A stretch of DNA of 64,000 nucleotides from a virus (taxonomy: Duplodnaviria > Caudoviricetes): positions 96,001 through 160,000 of the IMG/VR virus record IMGVR_UViG_3300044852_000015; one strand, given 5' to 3'. The translations under genes and the position numbers were made by a program. The notes under the pieces were generated by a model. The model worked only from the letters and a program-made list of their open reading frames with translations, did no database searches and was not told the origin of the DNA. Shown here in pieces: positions 37,493 to 47,048 of the stretch. Position 1 is the first letter of the stretch. Each line of letters begins with the position of its first letter.

Positions 37493-39025
37493 CTAGAGGT
37501 AAGTTCTTGTAAGGACTTTGTTGGTGCGTTGGTAGAGAAGGGAAAAAAAAACTCTCGCAACGTCCAGAGGGATGAGGTGAGGGTGTCGTTTCTCTGTCTC
37601 AGAAGCCTGAGGGAAATTACAGGCCGGGCAGTTGTGCTTCGGCAGCGCGACCAGAGACACAGTGGCGTTGTCGATGAACTTGCCGATTTCTTCGATGAAG
37701 CGATTACGAATTTCTTCGTCGCCGGAGAACAGAGCCGCCAGACTTTCGATGGTGTCACGATCGTCGGAGATCTCAGTGTCCGGTACCAGCACTTCGCCCA
37801 CCCAGTGACCATACTGACGCATGGTGGTCAGACGACCTTGGTTGGTGATGTACTCGTCGCGTTCCTGACCTTTCAACGGAACCTGGAATGCGTTCTCCAT
37901 CATCTGGACGATCGAGTCGATCCAGCTAAAGCCAGAGTTCTCGTAGTCTTGGATGACCGGCGTACGCAGGTTCATCGAAACGGTAGGAGTCAGCTCAACC
38001 AGCTTCACGCCGCCACGGGTGTGCTCTTGCTCGTAACGCTTGATGTCTTCCGGGGTCATCCGTTGTTTGCGCTGAGTCATGCGCTTACGCTGCCACTCAG
38101 TCAACGAACGGTTGTCGGTGAACACCAGCTTGCCGAGATCCAGCATCTCTTTGATCAGGTGCTGACACGAGCCTTCGACGTTGGCGCAGGCTTGTACGTA
38201 CGGGTAACCGCCCGGATAGATCGCCAATGCCAAGCCCCACAAGATCGCCGGAATGTCCGTAACCTTGATGATCGACTTGAGGTAGTCGACGTTTAGCTCT
38301 TGGGCGTTGGTGTCGAACACGTACTGGAACGCGAAGTTCAGCAGGTAGCTGGTCTGGTAGACCGACGTGTTGGAGAAGATCATGCCATTGGTCAAACGAC
38401 CCAGCGTGGTCTTGTCGTTGGCGATACGACGCTCCAGTTCCAGGATAGCCGACTCAGGTGGAGTTTTGAAACTCAACCAGATACCGGTGTGCCACAGTGG
38501 AACTTGTACCAGAGAACCCAGGCCAGTAGCCGCAGCCACACGCAGGACAGCGCGCTCACCCGTCAGAACAGCACCGCCGTCACCGAACTTAGGACGGGAG
38601 GCACCGATCTTCTCGCCTTCGTAATCCACGAACTGCTGCCAGTCCGAGTCAGGACGTTCCAGCGAAGCCGCCAGCGGGTTACCGCGCAACAGGGTTGCTT
38701 GTGCCAACTTCAACTCTTGTGCCCAGACGCGCATCTTGGCGTCGCCGTTGGCGTTGATGTTCGGGTAGGCGTCGATCAACTCGTTCAAGTCGAAGGCGTC
38801 ACCACCGAGCAACGACAGGTGTTCGTTGTCCGCTTCGAAGTCGTACTTGGCAACGTCCTTCTCCGGCACTGGTTTAGAGTGCGGGAACGTTTGCGTGACG
38901 TTCGGGTTGGTGCGCTTGGTTTCGAAACCAGTCGGAGCTGGTTCTTCAGGCTTCTGCGCAGGCTTCGGTTCAGGAACAGGTTGACTCTGTTCTACTTCAC
39001 CTTTGGTTAGGTCTTCAGATGACAT
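37493..39025 (-). CDS. Baseplate hub/assembly chaperone-like protein (phiKZ gp77-like, T4 gp26-type C-terminus)
   Basis: C-terminal CPAC...IPLDVARVFF; internal ACxxxxxxC. Confidence 0.55.
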   Translation of the reverse strand: MSSEDLTKGEVEQSQPVPEPKPAQKPEEPAPTGFETKRTNPNVTQTFPHSKPVPEKDVAKYDFEADNEHLSLLGGDAFDLNELIDAYPNINANGDAKMRVWAQELKLAQATLLRGNPLAASLERPDSDWQQFVDYEGEKIGASRPKFGDGGAVLTGERAVLRVAAATGLGSLVQVPLWHTGIWLSFKTPPESAILELERRIANDKTTLGRLTNGMIFSNTSVYQTSYLLNFAFQYVFDTNAQELNVDYLKSIIKVTDIPAILWGLALAIYPGGYPYVQACANVEGSCQHLIKEMLDLGKLVFTDNRSLTEWQRKRMTQRKQRMTPEDIKRYEQEHTRGGVKLVELTPTVSMNLRTPVIQDYENSGFSWIDSIVQMMENAFQVPLKGQERDEYITNQGRLTTMRQYGHWVGEVLVPDTEISDDRDTIESLAALFSGDEEIRNRFIEEIGKFIDNATVSLVALPKHNCPACNFPQASETEKRHPHLIPLDVARVFFSLLYQRTNKVLTRTYL

Positions 39026-39034
39026 CTATAACTC

Positions 39035-39517
39035 CTAGATGCTGGCGGCTGGGGCATCAGGCAGCGGCTGGATTTGACCCAGGACTGGCTGTGCGGCTTG
39101 TGAGAAAAACGCGGTAACGTTGAACGCCGACGGAATCACGACCAATTGATATGACGTGATCCAATTGCTGTACTCTTCACCGATGGCCATCAGGGCGGCC
39201 AGCGTATCCGGGTTGAGGGTCGGATCGCCTTTACGATCTTTGGCGATCGCTTCGTGCTTGACGTGAATGGCAGCGAGTTTGTCGCCGTACTCTTTAACGT
39301 CTTTGGCCAGAACGCGTGCGCAGTCGAGCAGACCTTGTTTGTCGGACACTGCACGATCAACCAGCTCTTGGTTTTTGATCAGCAGCAGAGCATGAGACGG
39401 ACTGGTACGCAGCGCGTGACATTCACGCAGCAGAGTATCCATACTGTCCCACATCTCCATGGAGCGTTGGGTCTGAACCATTTGTGCAACGTTATTGAAG
39501 GTGCGACGCTTAGCCAT
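39035..39517 (-). CDS. Conserved hypothetical protein
   Basis: 160 aa, AAGGA SD. Confidence 0.65.
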   Translation of the reverse strand: MAKRRTFNNVAQMVQTQRSMEMWDSMDTLLRECHALRTSPSHALLLIKNQELVDRAVSDKQGLLDCARVLAKDVKEYGDKLAAIHVKHEAIAKDRKGDPTLNPDTLAALMAIGEEYSNWITSYQLVVIPSAFNVTAFFSQAAQPVLGQIQPLPDAPAASI

Positions 39518-39624
39518 GATTGGATTCCTTAAAGCCGAAATAGGTTACGTGCCGGGAAATGAGTAAAGAAAAGGGCACTTTTCCTATAATGAGAAAGTTG
39601 TGTATTTATTAACAGGGCGGTACT

Positions 39625-40476
39625 ATGACTATTGATGAACTGGAGAATTACCTCCAACAGCGGGTTTCGCCCGAAGCAACAGAGTTAATGGTTGATACCG
39701 CTCGTGTGATGTGCGAGTCGGGTTTGACCAGTCACCTTGATGATTTGGATGACATGATTGCCTCTGAAGACCAGATCGGTCGAGACATCACTGTCTTACA
39801 AATGCGTCAGTACCTCACTTCCACTTTGGAAGCGTGTGTCAACCAATTCGGTATTGAACTGTTGGAAGATGCTGAGATCAACTTGCGACACCTGACCGGG
39901 TTGCAACGTGGTATCAACATGATCACCAACTACGAAGACGTTGAAGCGATTGAAGCTTTGTGTCTGGCTGAGACTGATCCCGAAGAACGCCTCATTGATA
40001 TACTGGAGATGCTGACCGAATATACGTGGGCTGACTATAGTCTCCTCATCGACACGGTTAGTACTTCACTGTTCGATCGTATTCTGGAACAGTTGGTCAA
40101 ACCTGATCAGTTGGCTGCATCCGACAATATCGGTAACGCGGTACTGATCCGTGTCAAGTCGTTGCTCCCTCACGTAGAAGCCCCGTGGCTGCTCGATGAG
40201 ATTCAAGACGGGTGTGAGTTGGGGTTGCCGGTTGCCGCAATGGTAGAGCGCTTCAAGACCCGTTACGATCGAGTTCTGACGGTCTCCAACGAACTGCACC
40301 GCAAGCCACAAGTACTGGCTGAGCAATTCCTTCTTTATATACTCGCTTCGAGTTGCCCAGACGCTGAACTGTTGGCGACAGCCCAAGATCAATTGGAAGC
40401 TGTGGTGATGCACGTTCCTACTCTGTCGGCTGCTTCCAAGTGTATCCAACAACTGTTGAGTCAGGTGACGCAATGA
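39625..40476 (+). CDS. Conserved protein upstream of vRNAP beta'-C (phiKZ gp79-like)
   Basis: 283 aa; ATGA overlap with next gene; synteny. Confidence 0.5.
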   Translation: MTIDELENYLQQRVSPEATELMVDTARVMCESGLTSHLDDLDDMIASEDQIGRDITVLQMRQYLTSTLEACVNQFGIELLEDAEINLRHLTGLQRGINMITNYEDVEAIEALCLAETDPEERLIDILEMLTEYTWADYSLLIDTVSTSLFDRILEQLVKPDQLAASDNIGNAVLIRVKSLLPHVEAPWLLDEIQDGCELGLPVAAMVERFKTRYDRVLTVSNELHRKPQVLAEQFLLYILASSCPDAELLATAQDQLEAVVMHVPTLSAASKCIQQLLSQVTQ

Positions 40477-41786
40477 AAACTGCTGACTACTACTTGATGG
40501 CTCTGAACGGTGGCGCTTATAAAAAGAAGCGTTGGGTTCTGAGTATCTTCAGTGTACTGATCGACTCCAAGCCTCAAGGCTGGCCGTTCGAGATCGTGCG
40601 GACTGAAAAGAACGTATTCTTCCGTGACCCTACGGACTTGAACGTTCTGATCTCCCTCGATGACGCTGACGTGAACAAACCGGTCTTAAGTTTCAAAGAC
40701 AAGATCGCTGTGACGCCGGAACAGGTTCTGAACCTAGACAAGCCGATCACCACGACCGCAGGCAACCTGCTCTTTAACTACTACGCGTTGATCTACGCGT
40801 TGGGTAAGAAGATTCCGTACATGGAAGGTCGGATCTCTGCAACTCAGGTGGAAAAGATCATTGAACCCCGGTTGACGTCTAACCCGGTGGACAATGGGGC
40901 GAACTATGACCCTAACGATCTGAACCCGATCTACGTGAGTGAGTACAAGAAGTTCAACAAGGCCATGTTTGGTCTGATGGGTTTCACTCAACTCTGTGTG
41001 CCGTCCGCTACGCCACGTACGATGTCAACCGACCCACGTATCCCAGCGATCCGTGAAAAGCTCTTAGAGAAGTACGCAGGCCGTCTGAACGACCCTGCCA
41101 TCATCTCCCTGATCGACCAAGAACTAATTAAGGTCGACAAAGAGTGGATGGCCAACGATCCTGATGGTGGTGCTGGTTTCTACGTGAACGAAACCAAGTC
41201 TTACGACGTGGTGCGTAAGAAAGTGTTCCTGATGCACGGTGCTGAGTCCGGCTTTAAAGAGGGTACTGATGTAGATTTCATCAAGAACTCCTTGAACGAA
41301 GGTTGGGACATCGAGAAACTCCCTAGCATGGTTAACTCCCTGCGGGAAGGTTCGTACAACCGTGGGCGAGACACTGCACTCGGTGGTGAGGCTGTGAAGT
41401 TCCTCGGGCGAGTGTTCCAGAACACGATGATCACTGAAAAGGACTGTGGGTCTACTCTCGGGTGGCTCAAGAACTTTACCGAGGCCAACTACCAGAAGTT
41501 CGTTGGTTTCTACCGCATCACTCCACAGGGACCGGTGCTGATGGATGAGGCTTACACCAAGTCTCAAATTGGCAAACAAGTCCTGGTTCGTTCACCCATG
41601 TTGTGTAGGACTCCGAAAACGGCATTCTGTGAATGCTGCATGGGAGCCAAGAACGCACTGAATCCAACGTCGTTGGGTTTGATGGCGGCTGACGTAGGTT
41701 CCCAGATGATGGGCTTGTTCATGGGAGCAATGCACGGGAAAAGCCTAGCAACTGGCCGCTACTCATTCAAAGACGCTATCTTCTAA
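40473..41786 (+). CDS. Virion RNA polymerase beta' C-terminal subunit (phiKZ gp80-like)
   Basis: RGRDTALGG bridge helix, EKDCGS, VRSPMLC...CECCMG Zn site, trigger-loop-like MGAMHG. Confidence 0.85.
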   Translation: MKTADYYLMALNGGAYKKKRWVLSIFSVLIDSKPQGWPFEIVRTEKNVFFRDPTDLNVLISLDDADVNKPVLSFKDKIAVTPEQVLNLDKPITTTAGNLLFNYYALIYALGKKIPYMEGRISATQVEKIIEPRLTSNPVDNGANYDPNDLNPIYVSEYKKFNKAMFGLMGFTQLCVPSATPRTMSTDPRIPAIREKLLEKYAGRLNDPAIISLIDQELIKVDKEWMANDPDGGAGFYVNETKSYDVVRKKVFLMHGAESGFKEGTDVDFIKNSLNEGWDIEKLPSMVNSLREGSYNRGRDTALGGEAVKFLGRVFQNTMITEKDCGSTLGWLKNFTEANYQKFVGFYRITPQGPVLMDEAYTKSQIGKQVLVRSPMLCRTPKTAFCECCMGAKNALNPTSLGLMAADVGSQMMGLFMGAMHGKSLATGRYSFKDAIF

Positions 41787-41808
41787 TCCACTGTAAGGAA
41801 CGTTACAC

Positions 41809-42738
41809 ATGGCTAAGCAACAACGTACTCAGACTGCGCCTACCGCAGCACCAACACAAGAGCAACCAAGCGAAGAGCTGGCTCTTGATCAAACCTCCCC
41901 AGAAGAAGGTGTTGATAATGCGAATGAGCCGGGGGATGACTCTGTTGGCGCTGGTACTCCAGCAGGCGACAGCGAAGGGACCGATGCCTTGGAAGAAGGC
42001 GAAGCGACAGGCGAGGGTGAATCGGACGCCGGAGCACCCGTCGATGAAGTGGGTGAAGGCGCTGACGCACACCCAGAGCTTGACACCGACCCGGAAGCCG
42101 AACAACTGGCAGCAGCGTTGGCGGCAGCAGTTGCCGCGCCACAACCGACGCTACAAGTAAACGATGCTCCTGAAGTCGTTGAACCAGTGGCACCGGTTGC
42201 TCCAGTGGGTTCTGACATTCCGGATGCTGCTCCAGTGGCAGCTCCTACTGACCGGGCTCCTTCGGTGTCCGTTTTGAAACCAGTTCCAGTGAAGGTTGAC
42301 GTGAAAGCACAACAAGCCGAAATCAAGTTCCAACTGATCGTTGATCGCCTGACCGCGTACGGTGCCGCCATGGCTCCTAACGCCGCCGTCGGTGAAGCCG
42401 AAGGTAAGGCCCAGCAACTGGCCCTGTGGCGGGTCATCGAACAAGTGCTGAAACTGGAAGGCGCCGAGTTCATCAAGGGCTTCAGCCTGCTACTGGACTT
42501 CATCGCCGAACACCGCACTGCTCACTTCAGCGAGAAATACGCTTACCGCTTCTTCGGTCCGATGGCCCTGAGCGCCGGTGACAAGCGTAACTTCAACCGC
42601 CTGCTCAACCTGTTCATCGCCACTGCCGACCGTGCTACTCGTCGCATGGGTCTGGAACAAGTTGGTCTGCACGCTAGCCTGGCTGGTATCCGTGACACTG
42701 GTATCCAACAGCGCGTTGCCGAGTTCTACCAGATTTAA
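41809..42738 (+). CDS. Conserved protein with acidic, low-complexity N-terminus (phiKZ gp81-like)
   Basis: E/D/A/P-rich N-terminal half, helical C-terminal domain; AAGGA SD. Confidence 0.55.
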   Translation: MAKQQRTQTAPTAAPTQEQPSEELALDQTSPEEGVDNANEPGDDSVGAGTPAGDSEGTDALEEGEATGEGESDAGAPVDEVGEGADAHPELDTDPEAEQLAAALAAAVAAPQPTLQVNDAPEVVEPVAPVAPVGSDIPDAAPVAAPTDRAPSVSVLKPVPVKVDVKAQQAEIKFQLIVDRLTAYGAAMAPNAAVGEAEGKAQQLALWRVIEQVLKLEGAEFIKGFSLLLDFIAEHRTAHFSEKYAYRFFGPMALSAGDKRNFNRLLNLFIATADRATRRMGLEQVGLHASLAGIRDTGIQQRVAEFYQI

Positions 42739-42797
42739 GCGGCATAAAGGGTAAAAAAAAAAAGCAGGGGTGAGAGCCCCTGCTTTTATGCCGTGTG

Positions 42798-43415
42798 TCA
42801 ATGGAAGGTGAACTTCATTTCAGGACGGCCTGTGGTTTTAGCCACTCGCTGAGACAACTGAATTACTTCCTCCATGTCCAGCTTCAACCGACGGCACAAC
42901 TCGGGGGCCATGTGACTGGAAAAGTTGAAGGGGTAGTGGAGTTCCAACTGACCGATGAACACCGCCAAATAGAATGGCTTGAAGTCATACGGGCGAGTAG
43001 GTTCAGCATCCCGATCAGCGATCAAGAACATCTTGCGATAGAACCCTACGTCGATCTGGTAGAACGCCTCAGCCATCAAGAACGTTCCGATCAACGAACC
43101 AAACAGTTGGAACACTTGGTAAACGAACTCGTCACCGTGAGTGTGGTAGGCGAGGCTAACCCCTCTCAAGATTTGTTCACGCACCGCTTGGTCAGAGATC
43201 TGATCCACCGTGGTGCTGTAAACGTTGTGCTTGCCATCAGTGAGCACCCAGCGTGGGGACAACATGGCTTTGGTGTAACGGCTCTCACAGGTTTTCATGA
43301 GGACTTCACGGTAATCAATCAAAGGGGACTGACGATTAGCAATGAAATCCAGTGGAGCGTTGAAGAAACGTTCAACAGCAGAACGTGGAACTACTTGAAA
43401 ATATGGTGTTGGCAT
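42798..43415 (-). CDS. Hypothetical protein
   Basis: 205 aa between terminators. Confidence 0.65.
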   Translation of the reverse strand: MPTPYFQVVPRSAVERFFNAPLDFIANRQSPLIDYREVLMKTCESRYTKAMLSPRWVLTDGKHNVYSTTVDQISDQAVREQILRGVSLAYHTHGDEFVYQVFQLFGSLIGTFLMAEAFYQIDVGFYRKMFLIADRDAEPTRPYDFKPFYLAVFIGQLELHYPFNFSSHMAPELCRRLKLDMEEVIQLSQRVAKTTGRPEMKFTFH

Positions 43416-43469
43416 ACTGGACCTTACTTAAGGCTGGCATAAAAAGTGGGGCCTTGCGACCCCACAGGA

Positions 43470-45041
43470 TTAGACGACGTAATCAGTTGTCAAGTACTTG
43501 TGCCCTACGACCCTGCCCGCAAAGTTCTCGACCTTGCGTTCATGATACTCAATGTGCTTGTCGATGTCGACACACACGAAGTAGTAGAAGGTTGGCTTAG
43601 CTTCAGGCCAAATCTTAAAGATCGTGTCACGTAGACGACCCATCGCTTGCAGGTTACCTTGTTTGGAACCCAAGGCATCTGTCATCAACACTTGAAGTAG
43701 CTTAGGAATGTCCTGAGCTGTCCCGAGGGATTTCAGTGTCGACACGATGAGATCCGCTTCGAGCATTTCGTCGAAGTCGTCATCTGCCGTATACCGCATC
43801 ACAGTGATGTCACTGTTCCGAGGCTTCAGGTAGTTCGTGACAATGGTACACATCTCAACCGTAGCACAATAGATCAACAGCTTCTGGTCATCCACACGCA
43901 CCTTACGGAAGTTGTGGGTTACAAAATCGGAGATCATCTCAAGGTAAGCCTTGAGGCACTGCTTGTTCTTCATCAACGATTGCTCGAAGATGACATGACT
44001 GTACGACTTACGCGCCTTGTTGATCCACTTAAGGACGTTCTGGTGACGCAAGCGGTACTGCAACGCTTCTACTGCGGTAAAGATCACACGCTCGCCGTTG
44101 TCAATCCGTTCGTCTCTCGGGAACATGATTGCCGTGCGATTAATCAAGAACTCGTCGTCACCTTCCAATGTACCGGAGAGTGAGATGGTCTTGTGTACGT
44201 GTGAGTACAAGTCTTGCCGATAGTTGAGATGGATGTCCTGGTGGACTTCGTCAATCAACCGAATCCCAATCCCACACGTCTGGTAGAAGTTGGGAGGAGT
44301 ACAACCGTACCCGAGCTGTAACAAGCCGTCTTTAAACTTCTCGTAGTCCTTCAGGTAGTTGAAATACGTCATGTTCGAACAGATGATGATCTTGGCTGTC
44401 AACTCGCCTGCTACAGCGAGCTGGGTGACGAGAGCCAGTTGTGCTGACCCCCGTACAACCATGATGTCTCCCTTCTTACACTTGTACGCTGCCTCAATAT
44501 CGCCAATCCACTTTTCAATGTACATGGCCTTGATGCAGATGAAAACCCGACGACCAATAGCCGCAATGCCACTCAGCGCCATGAACGTCTTACCGCGACC
44601 GGGATCTACGGTGAGGATCTTCGTCTTACCCGGAGCGATCAGGTATGCGATCTTTTCAACTTGGTCATCTCGCGGTGTACGCTTGTCGATTACTTCGAAG
44701 TTAACTTCAACTCCGAGGTTGTCAGGCAAGTGCTCGTACACAATGGCGTTCTCATGAACACCCCACATCTTTAAGCACCGAAGTAACGCGTCCAGTTCAT
44801 TCCGATGGAAGTGAAAGTCTGAACGGTCATTCGTAACGCCCACAAAGACCCGCAGCATGGCTTTTCTGAAACGACCATCAGGCCCCTTCTCAAAACCATA
44901 CTGAGCCAGTGACTTACAGAAGTCCAACAACGCAGCTTTAACCCTAGGGGTGAACTGCGTTGCTCTCACGTGGTGACTGGCTACTCTCAGAGTCAGTTCT
45001 GGTGCTCTAGCGGTAGGTGACGGCTGGACTTCACTAGACAC
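43470..45041 (-). CDS. SF2 (DExH) helicase (phiKZ gp75-like)
   Basis: PGRGKT, IDEVH, SLSGT, QAMGRLR. Confidence 0.9.
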   Translation of the reverse strand: MSSEVQPSPTARAPELTLRVASHHVRATQFTPRVKAALLDFCKSLAQYGFEKGPDGRFRKAMLRVFVGVTNDRSDFHFHRNELDALLRCLKMWGVHENAIVYEHLPDNLGVEVNFEVIDKRTPRDDQVEKIAYLIAPGKTKILTVDPGRGKTFMALSGIAAIGRRVFICIKAMYIEKWIGDIEAAYKCKKGDIMVVRGSAQLALVTQLAVAGELTAKIIICSNMTYFNYLKDYEKFKDGLLQLGYGCTPPNFYQTCGIGIRLIDEVHQDIHLNYRQDLYSHVHKTISLSGTLEGDDEFLINRTAIMFPRDERIDNGERVIFTAVEALQYRLRHQNVLKWINKARKSYSHVIFEQSLMKNKQCLKAYLEMISDFVTHNFRKVRVDDQKLLIYCATVEMCTIVTNYLKPRNSDITVMRYTADDDFDEMLEADLIVSTLKSLGTAQDIPKLLQVLMTDALGSKQGNLQAMGRLRDTIFKIWPEAKPTFYYFVCVDIDKHIEYHERKVENFAGRVVGHKYLTTDYVV

Positions 45042-45062
45042 AGACCTACCTCCTTGTTTCCC

Positions 45063-47039
45063 TTACTGTTTGGTAAGATCCCCCATCATCAGGGCATCCA
45101 GCGGATGGTCAGGACGTCGCTTCAAGATGAAGGTCTTGATGTCCTGCAACGTGGCTCCTTGACGCTCGTACGCCATACTGGCTGACAAGCTACGGAAATC
45201 CATGTTGTCCTCGTAGTAACCCACTTCCCCATTCACCCGATCCAGCGGTAGGCGGTGATCCCGACCTTCCACACTCTCAACCATGGTCGAAAGGATGATC
45301 ACTTCCAAGTGAGCAATGTTCACGTTCAGCTTGGAGTTAATCAGATCGTAGAAAGCAAACAGCGCTTCCTCGGTGTTGGTGTAGGCATTCGACGATTTAA
45401 CCTTCGAACGTTTGCCACGTACTTTCCCAGACTTCGTAGGGGCTGCCTTGATGAAACGCTCGATGTCACCCATGTACTCCACCATGTTGGTGTGCTTCAT
45501 TGGCAACTTGAACATCGTATCAGAGTAGTCCCACCCGGCCAGATCGACGATGTAATCGCCACGGGAGTTGATTTCCCAACCTACACGTTTCATGTAGATC
45601 AGTGCGTCTTCGGTCAAGAAGCTCAACCGGCTACCCATGGACACCGACAGGTTGACTTTATCCAAGTTCCCGTCATCAGCGACAATCTCCAGCGTGATGT
45701 CAATGATCTCGGAAAGTTTCTCCAGAGGCAGGTTACGAATCGTGCGAACCCGATTGATGTCAGGAAGGCGCGGTGCGTATTCTGCCGAGATCACCATCTT
45801 CACGGAGGAACGCTCAGCCAAGTCAGGACTGAGTTTGATTTCTGCCCCGGTGTTCCCCTGTCTGAGATACACAGCATCGTGCTCACAGATATAGAAGTCA
45901 TCTACAACCGAACTACCGTCCAAGTGTTTGGTCGACAGAACGTTCTGGGATACCAGCTCACATAGAGTGGTGGCACTTACGTGACCCAATACAGTGTGTG
46001 GTGGAATCGAGAAGGCGATCTCACCCAAGCAGGTAGAGCAAACGCCGTAGCGATCTGGGTGACGACACTTCAGTACCGAGCGAACTTCGATCTCTTCACC
46101 GATCAGTTCACGAGACGACTTCAGGATTGGCTTCAACCCATTCGGCGTCTTGTAGTACTTACCTTCCAACGCTTGGAAGTTCCCCGCTGTCACACGCCAC
46201 AGAATGGTATCCTGCGTGCCACAGTCTTCGTAGTGTACGTGTTGCAACGTCGCACAACCCAACTGCATCTTCCGGTTGAAGTACTCGGAATCTGCCACGG
46301 GGTCTTTAGCAGCCCACAGAGCCTTAGAGGCCGAGCGGGATTCTACCAACGCGTCGTACAGACTCACCAGACCCTGTGTATAGTTGCGCATCACTGGATC
46401 GTGGAAGATCCGGGAGTCGATGTCAGTCAGGAAGCCCCGCAAGGACACTACCTGCAACACCTGACCCAGACTCACCAACTTGGACTTTACCGCTTTACCG
46501 ATAGGATTCCCTTGTAACTCATTGGGGTCTTTCAGCACAGCGGATACACCACGATAGGTATCGTCGATGCTGTTCTGTGTTGGTTGTGCCGCCGCGTTCA
46601 GTGCAGCGATCTTCGGATGACGGATGACGTCAACGAAGTCCGTGATGCAGATACTGGCCACTTCCTCTTCCAGCCCAGTCACGGTGTCGTTGTAGATGTC
46701 TTGCTCCACGTCGTAGATCCAACCGGACCACTCGGTGTTGTCAAAGGCCGTATGGGTGGTGTTGCAATAGTCCAGCGCAATGCTACGACCAAACGCCAGC
46801 AGGTTGTTGAAGGTATCCTTCGTCAGGCGTTCATCACCCATGTGCGATTTCTTCAGACACGGAATCTGAGGATACGCACGATTGAAGATGGCACAGTACC
46901 ATGAGAAGATAGTGGCTTCACGCTCCACCACCATTTCCCCATCGTCAAACACCATGATAAACTTTGCCTCTGGGGATTCCAAGTCCCACATCTGCTGCTT
47001 GGTCAGTTGGTAAATGTCACGGGCGTTGTAACGATTCAT
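45063..47039 (-). CDS. Non-virion RNAP beta' C-terminal subunit (phiKZ gp74-like)
   Basis: ESRSASKAL, SEYFNRKMQL, EDCGT, VRSVLKC...VCSTCLG, SQNVLSTKH. Confidence 0.9.
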   Translation of the reverse strand: MNRYNARDIYQLTKQQMWDLESPEAKFIMVFDDGEMVVEREATIFSWYCAIFNRAYPQIPCLKKSHMGDERLTKDTFNNLLAFGRSIALDYCNTTHTAFDNTEWSGWIYDVEQDIYNDTVTGLEEEVASICITDFVDVIRHPKIAALNAAAQPTQNSIDDTYRGVSAVLKDPNELQGNPIGKAVKSKLVSLGQVLQVVSLRGFLTDIDSRIFHDPVMRNYTQGLVSLYDALVESRSASKALWAAKDPVADSEYFNRKMQLGCATLQHVHYEDCGTQDTILWRVTAGNFQALEGKYYKTPNGLKPILKSSRELIGEEIEVRSVLKCRHPDRYGVCSTCLGEIAFSIPPHTVLGHVSATTLCELVSQNVLSTKHLDGSSVVDDFYICEHDAVYLRQGNTGAEIKLSPDLAERSSVKMVISAEYAPRLPDINRVRTIRNLPLEKLSEIIDITLEIVADDGNLDKVNLSVSMGSRLSFLTEDALIYMKRVGWEINSRGDYIVDLAGWDYSDTMFKLPMKHTNMVEYMGDIERFIKAAPTKSGKVRGKRSKVKSSNAYTNTEEALFAFYDLINSKLNVNIAHLEVIILSTMVESVEGRDHRLPLDRVNGEVGYYEDNMDFRSLSASMAYERQGATLQDIKTFILKRRPDHPLDALMMGDLTKQ

Positions 47040-47048
47040 GGTTCCTCC

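Noticed and set aside
37399-37812. 137-aa ORF crossing the T9 run in the +1 frame
   Set aside because: Stops at 37399 and does not join the downstream gene; only the -1 frame does.
39625-42738. Possible inversion of the vRNAP beta'-C three-gene block relative to phiKZ
   Set aside because: Depends on remembered gene order that I cannot verify here; no flanking repeats seen.
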